Made by a program: the position numbers and the translations under genes
The notes under the pieces: model-generated
What the model saw: only the letters and a program-made list of their open reading frames with translations
What the model was told of the DNA's origin: nothing
Databases searched by the model: none
Shown here: one piece after another, positions 35,187-44,928 of the stretch
Numbering within the stretch: the stretch's first letter is position 1
Layout of the letters: every line of letters starts with the position of its first letter
From: an uncultured Phycisphaerales bacterium
GTDB lineage: Bacteria; Planctomycetota; Phycisphaerae; Tepidisphaerales; Tepidisphaeraceae
Assembly (NCBI GenBank): GCA_963758525.1
Contig: CAVWVQ010000003.1
Coordinates: forward strand, 1,376,001 to 1,440,000
Direction of reading: 5' to 3'
Length of the DNA: 64,000 nt

Positions 35187-37160
35187 ATGCGAAAATCTCG
35201 TGGAAACACTCAGCGTATTGTCAGGCGACCAGGAGCCCATCCGGCCGTGCTGCAGGCAAGATGCGAGGTTGTGCGATCGGCATGCGAGGAATTGGAATCG
35301 CGCCTGCTTTTCAGCGCCACTCCGCTGGTCGCGACCAACGACAACTACAGCACCGGTGAATTCACGGCACTGGTCGTCAAGGCGCCTGGCGTGCTCGGCA
35401 ATGACTCGGGCCCGGCGGGCGAGACGCTCACCGCCAGCCTGCTCACGGCGCCAACCCATGGCTCGGTCACCTTCGACAGCAACGGCGACGGAGGCTTCGA
35501 TTACGTTCCCAACGCCAATTACATTGGCCCCGATCCCTTCAGCTATAAAGTGGCCGACTCTGATGGCCTGGTGGCGACCGCCACGGTCAACATGGCCGTG
35601 ACCACCGGAACACCGTCCAGCGGCTCGCTCAGCGGGACCACCGCCACGGCGGCCGCCTCGTACAACCTCACCGCCCTGGGCACCAGCGACTGGGTCCACT
35701 GGGGCCGCGGAAACGTCTACGGCAACTTCGACCACAAGGCCACTGGCGGCTCGCAGATCAGCAATGTGAGCATCGTCGGCACGGGAGCGAACTATGGATC
35801 GTATTATGATCCGTCCCGCACCGTCACGTGGTCCGACGGCACCCCCACCGCCTCTGATACCGATCATGCCTACATCTGGAGCAACGGCGCTTTGAACAGC
35901 GGGTTCTCCTTCACCGTTCCCGCGGACACCACCACCCGCACGCTCACGGTTTATGCAGGCGGTAATAACACTCAGAGTTCATTAACTGCGCATTTGTCCG
36001 GAGGCTCCGTACCCGACTATGTCGCGACCGCCGGCAGCGCGGGTCTCTACACCAATGTCTATACGATCACCTACAGCGCCGCCTCGGCCGGCCAGACGCT
36101 GACCATCACCCTGCTCAAGACCGGCAACCTCGGAGGAAAAACGAATGGCAGCGCGGACCTCATTGCCGCCTATCTCAGCGGGTCCGCCGCCCCCGCGACA
36201 GGGTTCCTCACGGCGAACAGCATCGTGATCAATCCCCCCAGCGTGACGCAGGCGGGAACGCACGAAGTCGACGTCACCGTGACCTACAACGATCCCGCGT
36301 CGCCCATCGTGAGCTCCAGCATCAACGCCAGCAATATTGATATCTATTCGCCGCCGCCGTCCGGGGGTTTGTCAGTTGGAACCGTTGCCACGCAGATCAG
36401 CAACGGCGGCCATACGATCACGGCGACTTACCCCATCGACTCCAACGAGGCCGGCGGATTCAACGCCGGCGATGACACCACCGTGAAATTCTTCCTCACC
36501 GGCGTGACCGACCAACTCGGTCAGACAGTCGGCGGCGGCACGCCGTTCAACTCGCCCGCCGGGCAGTTCACCATACTCATCAATCCCAATACGAGTTCTG
36601 CCTCGCTCTCCGGATCACAGGCGCCCGCGGCGTCGAGTTACAACCTCACCGCCCTGGGCACCAGCGACTGGGTCCACTGGGGCCGCGGAAACGTCTACGG
36701 CCACTTCGACCACAAGGCCACTGGCGGGTCGCAGATCAGCAATGTGAGCATTGTCGGCACGGGAGCGAACTATGGATCGTATTATGATCCGTCCCGCACC
36801 GTCACGTGGTCCGACGGCACCCCCACCGCCTCTGATACCGATCATGCCTACATCTGGAGCAACGGCGCTTTGAACAGCGGGTTCTCCTTCACCGTTCCCG
36901 CGGACACCACCACCCGCACGCTCACGGTTTACGCAGGCGGTAATAACACTCAGAGCTCACTAACCGCGCATTTGTCCGGAGGCTCCGTACCCGACTATGT
37001 CGCGACCGCCGGCAGCGCGGGTCTCTACACCAATGTCTATACGATCACCTACAGCGCCGCCTCGGCCGGCCAGACGCTGACCATCACCCTGCTCAAGACC
37101 GGCAACCTCGGAGGAAAAACGAATGGCAGCGCGGACCTCATCGCCGCGTACCTGACATGA
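35187..37160 (+). CDS. Secreted protein with an Ig-like (Big_9-like) domain and a duplicated ~170-aa beta domain
   Basis: EELESRLLFS (LEPR-XLL-like), GVLGND...HGSV...FSY, two copies of YNLTALGTSDWVHWG...LIAAYL. Confidence 0.8.
   Translation: MRKSRGNTQRIVRRPGAHPAVLQARCEVVRSACEELESRLLFSATPLVATNDNYSTGEFTALVVKAPGVLGNDSGPAGETLTASLLTAPTHGSVTFDSNGDGGFDYVPNANYIGPDPFSYKVADSDGLVATATVNMAVTTGTPSSGSLSGTTATAAASYNLTALGTSDWVHWGRGNVYGNFDHKATGGSQISNVSIVGTGANYGSYYDPSRTVTWSDGTPTASDTDHAYIWSNGALNSGFSFTVPADTTTRTLTVYAGGNNTQSSLTAHLSGGSVPDYVATAGSAGLYTNVYTITYSAASAGQTLTITLLKTGNLGGKTNGSADLIAAYLSGSAAPATGFLTANSIVINPPSVTQAGTHEVDVTVTYNDPASPIVSSSINASNIDIYSPPPSGGLSVGTVATQISNGGHTITATYPIDSNEAGGFNAGDDTTVKFFLTGVTDQLGQTVGGGTPFNSPAGQFTILINPNTSSASLSGSQAPAASSYNLTALGTSDWVHWGRGNVYGHFDHKATGGSQISNVSIVGTGANYGSYYDPSRTVTWSDGTPTASDTDHAYIWSNGALNSGFSFTVPADTTTRTLTVYAGGNNTQSSLTAHLSGGSVPDYVATAGSAGLYTNVYTITYSAASAGQTLTITLLKTGNLGGKTNGSADLIAAYLT
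35661..37141 (+). repeat. Intragenic ~500-bp direct repeat (35661-36163 and 36639-37141)
   Basis: Seven substitutions counted by eye, offset 978 bp. Confidence 0.9.
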
Positions 37161-37383
37161 ACTGTGACGTTGTCGCTGCCCGAACTGAACAGACCGAAGG
37201 CACGCCGGTGGCACGACCCAAACCGCTTGACCCCGAGGGCTCGCGGCCGCGGGCGTTTGATCGTAGCCCAAGTATTCCCGCGCAAATGAATGTCGAAGCC
37301 GAAATCTTTTCGAATGTGTCGGCGCAAATCCACCCGCCATGGCGCGCCCGCCGCCGCCGAACGGACCCTGCGTGCCGACGTCA

Positions 37384-37806
37384 TTAGAGTCCGCAAAGCT
37401 CTGCAGCAGCGTTGGCGTCCTCGGCAGCCTGGATCAACTTCCGGTAGATCAGCTCGACCACCTTGCTCGGCGCCGGCTCCGACCAGAGATGGGCGAGGAA
37501 CAGATGTTCGAGGCGCACGCGGCCGTCTTCAACGGTGATCTTGAATCCGGGGTATTTTTCAGCGAGCTGCCGATAGAGCGAGCTGACCCCTTTGATAAGG
37601 GATCCGACAATTTCGTCATTTTCCTCGCTGAGGTACACGGTGACCAGATCGTCGAGCCGCTGAGCCCGGTAGCGGCCTGGTCGCGCGATGAACTCGATGC
37701 AGTCACCCGCGGGGATGTGTGTCACGGTCGGCTCGAACGCCTGAATCAGACCGAAGCGAGATTCGACTTCCGCGAGAAAATCCTCGGTATTATCGATGAT
37801 TCTCAT
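37384..37806 (-). CDS. Hypothetical protein, possibly a DUF2283-like antitoxin
   Basis: GDCIEF...LVTVYLSEENDEIVGSLIKG; ATGA overlap with the upstream fragment. Confidence 0.5.
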   Translation of the reverse strand: MRIIDNTEDFLAEVESRFGLIQAFEPTVTHIPAGDCIEFIARPGRYRAQRLDDLVTVYLSEENDEIVGSLIKGVSSLYRQLAEKYPGFKITVEDGRVRLEHLFLAHLWSEPAPSKVVELIYRKLIQAAEDANAAAELCGL

Positions 37807-38004
37807 AAGAGTTGCTCCTTAAACCGTTCGGCATGGCCCTCCGGAAAGGTGGGTTGGGCAGCATCGAAAGCGTACCAGTACCAATTGTAGGCGACCGATT
37901 CATCATTCACGAACACCAGAAACACCCGGTCTGGGCGCGGTGCGACGCTGCGGCCATCGTCCTCGAAACACTGGCTCGGACGTTCGACGTAGCAGAGCCA
38001 GCCG
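37803..38004 (-). pseudogene. 5'-truncated partner gene fragment
   Basis: Protein-like GWLCYVERP...FLVFVN...RFKEQLL, cut where the catalase fragment begins on the other strand. Confidence 0.45.
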
Positions 38005-38658
38005 GCCGCACTGGCCGCAAGCGATCTGACCAAACCGGCCGATCCAGCCAATCCAAAGCCGATCGAGAAGTTTCTTGGCTCCCATCCGGCGGCGCTTGCG
38101 TTCGCGCAGACGCCCAAGCCCGCGCCGTCCAGCTTTGCCCGCGAGGCGTACTTCGGTCTGACGGCATTCCACTTCACCAACTCCGACGGCCAGACGCGCT
38201 TCGGGAGGTATCGCATCGTCCCGACGGAGGGAGTCGAACATTTGGATGCCGCGGCCGCCGCCGCAAAGGGGCCTGATTTTTTATTCGACGAGTTGAAGGA
38301 ACGGGTCGCCCGCGGCCCTGTCGCGTTCCGTGTCGTCGTTCAGTTAGCCGATGGCGGCGACATCGTGGACGACGTCACCGTCCAATGGCCGGACACTCGC
38401 CCGCTGCTTGAACTGGGCACGATCGCGCTCACAAAGCCAGTGGCGAACGATGCCGCCGAGCAGAAGCAGATCATCTTCGACCCGATTCCCCGCGTGGATG
38501 GAATCGAGCCGTCGGCCGATCCGCTGCTCGAATTGCGGGCGGCGATTTATCTGATCAGCGGCCGACGGCGACGGACGGCCGTGTGGTCGGATGAGCTTTT
38601 GCTTCCAACTGACTTTTCGCGCGCCGGCATTATCACGACTAATGCCGGTCCTGCTTGA
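38005..38658 (+). pseudogene. 5'-truncated catalase-related peroxidase (SrpA-like)
   Basis: PSSFAREAYFG, DFLFDEL, FDPIPRVDGIEPSADPLLELRAAIY; in-frame TAG at 37990 and the catalytic N-half is absent. Confidence 0.75.
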
Positions 38659-38663
38659 CGCTG

Positions 38664-40280
38664 TCACTCCGCCGCGATGTGCGCGCCTTTTTCTGCCACC
38701 GACCTTCGCATCAGCAACACCAGCAGCGCCAGCACCACCGCCAGCGCCGCAGATGCCCAAAAGACGTCAAAATATGCCAGCGACAGCGCCTGTTGACCGC
38801 GGCTGTTGGCCAGCGCCTGCAGTGTCATTTGCTGCGCGGCAACCGCATCTCCCGTGGCCTGCAGATACAGCGCTTTCCCATTGGCAAAGAACTGATTCAC
38901 AGCGGGATTGAGCGTGTCGAGCGTTTCGTTCAAACGCAGCGTGTGAAACTGCTCGCGGCGCTCGAGGATTGTCTGGGCGACGGAAGTGCCGACGCTGCCG
39001 CCTTCATTTCTCAATAGCGCGAGCAGACCCACCGCGGCGCCGCGGAGTTCCCTGGGGATATACAGGAACGCGGCAACATTGAGCGGCGCGAAGATCATCG
39101 AGAGTCCGACGATAATCACGACGCGCGGCCAGACGATCTGCCAGGGAGTGATCCCCAGATTCTGCACGGACATCCAGTAGTTGCCGACGCCCAGCGTGAT
39201 CAGGCCGGCGGCCATCAGGTAGCGGGCGTCGGTTCCGCGCGTGAGCAGAAAGCCGACGCCAAAGAGCGTGATGACTGCGAAGATGCCGGCCGGGGAGAGA
39301 ACCAGCCCGGAGGTTGTGGCGTCGTAGCCGAACAACGATTGCAGCAGCGCGGGGAGCGTAGTGGTGTTGGCGTACAGCACGCCGAAGGCGCAGAAGATGA
39401 TGATGCAGCAGGCGCGGAAGTTCTGCTCCTTGAGCGTACGAAAGTTGATCAGGGGATTGGCGATCCGCAGCTCGCGATAGATCAGGGCGCCCAGGCAAAA
39501 GACAAACAGTGCCGCCAGCGTCTGGACGCGATAGAACGGGTCGCCGAACCAGTCCCACTCCTGCCCTTTGCTCAGCACCACTTCCCAGGAGACCATCGTG
39601 ACGCTCAGAAGGCACAGGCCGATCGTGTCAAAACGTTGCGGAGTGTTGCGGAGTTTGGCGCGCTGCTCCTTGAGATAATCCGGATCGACAACCACCGCGT
39701 AACACATCGCCAGCGCGAACAGACCGACGGGCACGTTGAGATAGAAGATCCATCGCCACCCGTAGTTGTCGGTGATGTATCCGCCCAGTGTCGGCCCGAC
39801 AACGGGAGCGAGCAGCGCGGCGACGCCAAAGAGCGTCTGAGCCGTTCCCTGTTTTTCCTTCGGAAAAGCATCGAGCAAAACGCCCTGGCTGGAGGGCTGC
39901 AATCCGCCGCCGGCAAGTCCCTGCAACACACGGAACGCAATCAGTGCATTGAGGCTCTGGGCCATTCCGCACAGCGCCGAGGCGAGCGTGAAGATCGCAA
40001 TCGAGAGCAGAAAATAGTTGCGCCGGCCGAGGCGGGCGCCGATCCATCCGGAGATCGGCAGGATGATCGCATTGGCCGCGAGGTAACTGGTAATCACCCA
40101 CTCGCTGTCCGTCGCCGGCGCGGACAATCCGCCGGCAATGTAGCGGAGGGCGACGTTGGCGATGGTGGTGTCGAGCACCTCCATGAAGGTTGGAATCAGC
40201 ACCGCCGCCGCGATCAGATAGACGCTGACCGGGCGGCGCTGAGGGATCGCCGGATTCGGGAGGAGCGCGACGGCGGTCAT
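38664..40280 (-). CDS. DHA2 MFS efflux permease (EmrB-like)
   Basis: FMEVLDTTIANVAL, WVITSYL, GPTLGG, WRWIFYLNVP. Confidence 0.92.
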   Translation of the reverse strand: MTAVALLPNPAIPQRRPVSVYLIAAAVLIPTFMEVLDTTIANVALRYIAGGLSAPATDSEWVITSYLAANAIILPISGWIGARLGRRNYFLLSIAIFTLASALCGMAQSLNALIAFRVLQGLAGGGLQPSSQGVLLDAFPKEKQGTAQTLFGVAALLAPVVGPTLGGYITDNYGWRWIFYLNVPVGLFALAMCYAVVVDPDYLKEQRAKLRNTPQRFDTIGLCLLSVTMVSWEVVLSKGQEWDWFGDPFYRVQTLAALFVFCLGALIYRELRIANPLINFRTLKEQNFRACCIIIFCAFGVLYANTTTLPALLQSLFGYDATTSGLVLSPAGIFAVITLFGVGFLLTRGTDARYLMAAGLITLGVGNYWMSVQNLGITPWQIVWPRVVIIVGLSMIFAPLNVAAFLYIPRELRGAAVGLLALLRNEGGSVGTSVAQTILERREQFHTLRLNETLDTLNPAVNQFFANGKALYLQATGDAVAAQQMTLQALANSRGQQALSLAYFDVFWASAALAVVLALLVLLMRRSVAEKGAHIAAE

Positions 40281-41803
40281 GGCTGTGTTCCGGGAGCTGC
40301 CGCCGGTGAAGTCGCAGGTGCGGGTGCCGACATATCGCCCTGCATCTGGGGCCGGAGCACTTTTCCGGCATCGGGGCCGGATGGCGCTTCGTTGGTGTGC
40401 ACGGTCGCATCGACCGACAAGCCGATGAACAACGGCAATTTGTCCGGATCGTAATCCACCAGATCGACGCGGACGGGCAGGCGTTGCACCACCTTGACGA
40501 AATTGCCAGTCGCATTCTCGGCCGGAAGAAGGGCAAGCGTGGAGCCCGTCCCCATCGTGAAACCGGAGATGCGACCTTCAAAATGGTGGCGGCTTCCGTA
40601 CATATCCACATCGAGATCGACCGGCTGACCGATCCGCAGGCTCGCCAACTGCGTCTCCTTGAAGTTGGCGTCGACCCAAATCTCCGTCAGGGATCGGACA
40701 GCCATCAGGCTCTGCCCGACGATCACGTTGTTGCCCGGATTCACATTGCGCCGCGTCACGACGCCATCAATTTCCGCCACCACGTCACAATAGCGAAGGT
40801 TCAGTTGTGCCGTCGCGAGATCCGCCTGGGCCTTCACAAGCTTTGCTTCGGCCTGTTTGACCAACGGGGCGTCCTTCAGCAATTTCGCGTAGATCACATC
40901 AATGTCGCCCGCGCCGGTTGGGTCCCGCTTGTAAAAGTCCGTCACCATCTGTTTGGGCGACTTCGTGAATGAATCCGAAACCCCGATCTCCGCGGCGGCC
41001 TCGATCAAGCTCGCCTGCGCCTGCCGGACGGAGGAAAACGTCTGATCCAAATCCGCCGGCACCTGCGTGAGGTCGTCGCTGCCGGACGGCTTGGGCGGCA
41101 GGCCCAGGGCCACACGGGCGGAATAGACTCCCTGCAGCGCCTCTTCGTAATTCGCCTGCGCGACCAGCGCCAGTTGCTTGCGATGTTCGTAATCTTCCTG
41201 CGTGATTGAGCCGGTGTTGAGCAGCGGCACAACACGATCAAAGTCAGCCTTGGCTTTGTCGCGCAGCGCCCTCTGCGAATCGAGCGTCGCCACTTTCGAT
41301 CGCAGCAGCGCCACCTGGTTGTCGACATCCTCGATCGACCGTTCGAGGCTGAACCGCAGGCTTCGCATCTTCCCTTCGATGCCGCGCCCCTCGCTGATGG
41401 CAGCGACGAGATCCGCTTGCGCGGATGCCACCGCGGCCTGCGCCACATTCAGCGCCACCTGATAGGGCTCCCGATCGATCTGCACCAGCAGATCCCCCTT
41501 GCGCACCCGATCGTTATCGTCCACCAGCACGCGCGTCACCTGCCCCGCGACGCGCGGAGCGACGAACGTCACGTGTCCGTTTACGTAGGCATCATCCGTC
41601 GAGACGGTGCCGAGCGAACTGATGATCCATATTGCGATCGCGACCAGCGCAATGATCCCCACGCCGATGATGAGAGGCCGTCGCGACTTGTGATGTGCCT
41701 CCGCGTGCGGCACGACTGCCGGCGTCGCGATGCGTTCTGGAGCCGGAACGGCGACTGCTCCCGTGGGACCGGATTCTGACGTTGACGTTTGCGATGTGGA
41801 CAT
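40277..41803 (-). CDS. HlyD/EmrA-family membrane fusion protein
   Basis: STDDAYV, ANFKETQL, LLPAENATGNFVKVVQRLPVR. Confidence 0.92.
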   Translation of the reverse strand: MSTSQTSTSESGPTGAVAVPAPERIATPAVVPHAEAHHKSRRPLIIGVGIIALVAIAIWIISSLGTVSTDDAYVNGHVTFVAPRVAGQVTRVLVDDNDRVRKGDLLVQIDREPYQVALNVAQAAVASAQADLVAAISEGRGIEGKMRSLRFSLERSIEDVDNQVALLRSKVATLDSQRALRDKAKADFDRVVPLLNTGSITQEDYEHRKQLALVAQANYEEALQGVYSARVALGLPPKPSGSDDLTQVPADLDQTFSSVRQAQASLIEAAAEIGVSDSFTKSPKQMVTDFYKRDPTGAGDIDVIYAKLLKDAPLVKQAEAKLVKAQADLATAQLNLRYCDVVAEIDGVVTRRNVNPGNNVIVGQSLMAVRSLTEIWVDANFKETQLASLRIGQPVDLDVDMYGSRHHFEGRISGFTMGTGSTLALLPAENATGNFVKVVQRLPVRVDLVDYDPDKLPLFIGLSVDATVHTNEAPSGPDAGKVLRPQMQGDMSAPAPATSPAAAPGTQP

Positions 41804-41914
41804 GGTTTGATCACCTTCCCGTGATCCCGAAGCGGACGCGCCTCGGGGCCAACCTGCAAATGATTTTGGCCGGATTGTAAACTCGGTTTCGAAAAAAATC
41901 GCAATGTAAAGCCG

Positions 41915-42295
41915 TTCGTGTCAATTCGTGTTCTGCATTTCCCGGGACCTTTGGACCGGACGGGATTGCGCACGGCCATTTGCAGCCGGTTTCCGGTCGA
42001 CATGGGGTTTGTGGCGCAGGCTGGAAGCCCGCACCACAAAGGTCGCGGCTCCGGAATTAACAATTGCTTTAAATGACCTGACGCGAACACGCGTTGTCAA
42101 TTCCCAGGTTCCGCGCATTCCCGGGTTCCGCGCAACTCCATGTGGAGAGGGAACACGAATCAGCACGAATGAAGCACGAATCTCACGAATAAACGCGGCG
42201 AAATCTGCTTCGTGAAGATTCGTGCAAATTCGTGTCGATTCGTGTTCTGCATTTCCCGAAACCTGCGGACCGGACGGGATCACGCTCGGTCATTT
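41915..42295. repeat. Composite repeat: 67-bp imperfect direct repeat, CACGAAT inverted array and REP unit
   Basis: 41915-41981 vs 42229-42295 (58/67); 42151-42190 vs 42209-42247 inverted CACGAA arrays. Confidence 0.75.
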
Positions 42296-42330
42296 AACAA
42301 ACGCTTCCGCCAAGAAGCTGCGCTGCTGCG

Positions 42331-43077
42331 TCACTCCGTTCGCTTCGTTCCCAGCGAAATCCGAATCGCGATCAGCAGCCCGAACGACGCAAACATCAGC
42401 ACCGCCGCCAGCGCCAGCGCCTGGTCAGGGTCGATCTGGAAACCGATATAGATCGCCAGCGGCATGGTCTGCGTTCTTCCTGGATAATTGCCGGCGAAGA
42501 TGATCGTAGCGCCGAACTCTCCCAGGGCACGGGCCCAGCAGAGCACGCCTCCCCCAACCAGGGCGCGCCGGGCGACGGGCAGGGTCACTCCGTGAAAGGT
42601 TTGCCACGGGGAGGCGCCGTCGAGGGCGGCGGCTTCCTCGAGTGCGCTGGGCACGTTGGCCAGGCCGATCGTCGCGGCTTTGATGTAGTAGGGCGCCGAC
42701 ACAAACGTCTGCGCGAGGACGACGGCAAACGGCGTAAAGACCACTTCCATGCCAATCGCGTGTATCGCCGGGCCGAGCAGACCGCCCCTTCCAAACGTCA
42801 GCAGCAGCGCGATGCCCGCCACCGCGGGCGGAAGCACGGTGGGAAGATCGATGAGGATTTCCAGGAGCGTCTGGCCCGCGAAACGCCGCCGGGCAAGGCA
42901 ATGCGCCAGACCCGTGCCGAGCAGAACCGACAAAAGCACGGTGGTCGCGCTGGTTGCGAGGCTCAATGTCATTGCCTGGAGCGTGGCGGGCTGAACCAGG
43001 TCGTGGACAAACCGTCTCGGACGCACGTGCACGATCAACGCCACCAGCGGCAGGATCAGCAGCAGCGCCAGGGGCAA
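42331..43077 (-). CDS. modB: Molybdate ABC transporter permease; true start may be the GTG at 43139 with a C-run error
   Basis: LPTVLPPAVAG, EEAA motif, WARALGEFGAT, TQTMPLAIY. Confidence 0.9.
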   Translation of the reverse strand: MPLALLLILPLVALIVHVRPRRFVHDLVQPATLQAMTLSLATSATTVLLSVLLGTGLAHCLARRRFAGQTLLEILIDLPTVLPPAVAGIALLLTFGRGGLLGPAIHAIGMEVVFTPFAVVLAQTFVSAPYYIKAATIGLANVPSALEEAAALDGASPWQTFHGVTLPVARRALVGGGVLCWARALGEFGATIIFAGNYPGRTQTMPLAIYIGFQIDPDQALALAAVLMFASFGLLIAIRISLGTKRTE

Positions 43078-43135
43078 TCCAACCAGCGGCGGCCACGCGC
43101 TGTTGCGCTGCGCCGGGGATCGTCCGGTCTGTCGA

Positions 43136-43933
43136 TCACTTGGTGGGAGCCGCCAGGAAATCGTGGGCCGTCAGAATGCTCTGCCCCTGCGGCGACAGAA
43201 CAAACAGCTCAAAGTCGCGCGCCAGCGACGCCGCTGCGCCATGAGCGGTCGTCGCGATCGGATACTCGGCGGCCGGATTGATGTCGGCGGGAATGTCGAT
43301 GCCTCGCAGCAGCGCGGCGGCGGAGCCGTGCAGATCACTCTGATACGCGATTCCCGCATCCGCCACGCCGAGCCGCACCTTGGTCACGACGGCTTCCACG
43401 TTCTCCTCGCGCGATCGCACGTTTGCCAGCACCGCGGCTGAAAAGTCCTTCCCGTACTCCGCGCGGTCAGCGGCGCGCTGCAGCACTTTCTCAAAATAAG
43501 CGCCCGCCGGCACCGCTTTGTCGGCCGCGACCAGCTTCAAGCCGGGCCTGGCCAAATCCGCAAACGTGACCAGCTTGCCGGGGTTCGACGAGGGTATGAT
43601 GATCGTCAGGCGATTGCCCGCAAAAACATGCACGGAATCGGCGTTGATCAGCCCCTCGTCCGACAGCGTCTTCATCTCCCGCTGGTTGGCGGACGCAAAA
43701 ATGTCGGCCGGCGCATGCTGCTCGATTTGAAGGCGAAGCACGTTGGACCCCGCAAAATTAAAGGCGACGGAGACGCCCGGATGTGCCGCCTCGTACTGCT
43801 TGCCCAACTCGGTGAATGGCTCAGCCAGCGAAGCGGCGGCAAAGACATTGAGCGTCGCAGTTTGAGTTGCGCCCCGGCCGCATCCTGAGAGACCGACAAA
43901 CGCCGCCATCGCCACTTTTTGCCGGGCGGTCAT
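43136..43933 (-). CDS. modA: Molybdate ABC substrate-binding lipoprotein
   Basis: LSGC lipobox, VFAAASL, FAGS, APADIFASA, VPAGAY. Confidence 0.9.
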   Translation of the reverse strand: MTARQKVAMAAFVGLSGCGRGATQTATLNVFAAASLAEPFTELGKQYEAAHPGVSVAFNFAGSNVLRLQIEQHAPADIFASANQREMKTLSDEGLINADSVHVFAGNRLTIIIPSSNPGKLVTFADLARPGLKLVAADKAVPAGAYFEKVLQRAADRAEYGKDFSAAVLANVRSREENVEAVVTKVRLGVADAGIAYQSDLHGSAAALLRGIDIPADINPAAEYPIATTAHGAAASLARDFELFVLSPQGQSILTAHDFLAAPTK

Positions 43934-44440
43934 TCTGGCTCCTGGTGATGCACGCCTCCGCGCAGCGTCTCCACCGCGTGCGGCAAAATATCCGCTAGCG
44001 CCTCGAAAAACTCGCGCGCCGCGCGGAGACCCGGGAAAATTGAGAATCAAACTCGCGCCGAGCGTCCCGGCTTCGCCGCGCGACAAATATGCCTTGGGCG
44101 TTTTCGCAAGGCAACGCAATCGGGCCAGCTCCAGAAGCCCGGGATGGCGTCGCTGCAGAACCGCCGCGGTCGCCTCGGGGGTGACATCCCGCGGCGCAAG
44201 GCCGGTCCCTCCGGTGGTCAGAATCAGATCGGGCCTGGGATGATCGACCGCCCACGATGTCAGTTGCCGGCTGATCAATGCCACCTCGTCCGGAACGCAC
44301 GCCGCCGCGACGATCTCGGCCGAGAGTCGCGTCCGGAGCAGATCGACCAGCGCCGGTCCCGACTCGTCTCGCGCCAGGCCGCGCGAGCAGCGATCGCTGC
44401 AGGTCAGAACCGCCGCGGTGATTGGCTGCGCTGCGCTCAT
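43930..44440 (-). CDS. mogA: Molybdopterin adenylyltransferase MogA/MoaB, apparent frameshift near 44012
   Basis: TTGGTGLAPRDVTPEAT and NFPGSP; the shifted frame gives EFFEALADILPHAVETLRG and stops overlapping the modA ATG. Confidence 0.85.
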
Positions 44441-44928
44441 GATGCGTTGCCCGGCGTCGGCGCGACATACGAGCCGTGCACGCCGCCGGTCTTTTCGAGC
44501 AAACGGATCGGGCCAATGACCATCGAGCGGTCGATGGATTTGCCCATGTCAACGACCGTCAGCGCCGCGATGGAGACGGCCGTCAGCGCCTCCATCTCCA
44601 CGCCGGTCTTTCCCTCCGCGATCACCGTCGCCTGCAGAATCACCTCGTCCGATTCGATCCGCACCTGCACGTCAACCTGATTCAACGCTAAATTGTGACA
44701 CAGCGGAATCAGCTCTGCCGTTCGCTTGGCGGCCTGGATACCGGCCAGGCGCACCGTCGAAAAAAAGTCTCCCTTCGGCAGCGATCGTTCGAGAATCGCC
44801 GCCGCCAATTGCGGAGAAATGCGGACGCGGCCCTCGGCAACCGCGCGGCGCGTCGTCACAGGCTTGCCGCTCACATCCACCATCCGCAGGCGGCCCTGCT
44901 CGTCGAGATGGCTCAACTTTTCGCTCAT
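44437..44928 (-). CDS. moaC: Cyclic pyranopterin monophosphate synthase
   Basis: MVDVSGK, LIPLCH, TGVEMEALTA, KTGG. Confidence 0.95.
   Translation of the reverse strand: MSEKLSHLDEQGRLRMVDVSGKPVTTRRAVAEGRVRISPQLAAAILERSLPKGDFFSTVRLAGIQAAKRTAELIPLCHNLALNQVDVQVRIESDEVILQATVIAEGKTGVEMEALTAVSIAALTVVDMGKSIDRSMVIGPIRLLEKTGGVHGSYVAPTPGNAS

Noticed and set aside
35661..37141. Possible DGR template/variable repeat pair
   Set aside because: Mismatches are not adenine-specific and are mostly synonymous; no reverse transcriptase in the window
43136..44440. Apparent MogA-ModA fusion ORF (434 aa)
   Set aside because: Caused by a frameshift: the shifted frame gives the normal MogA C-terminus, and ModA has its own ATG and lipobox
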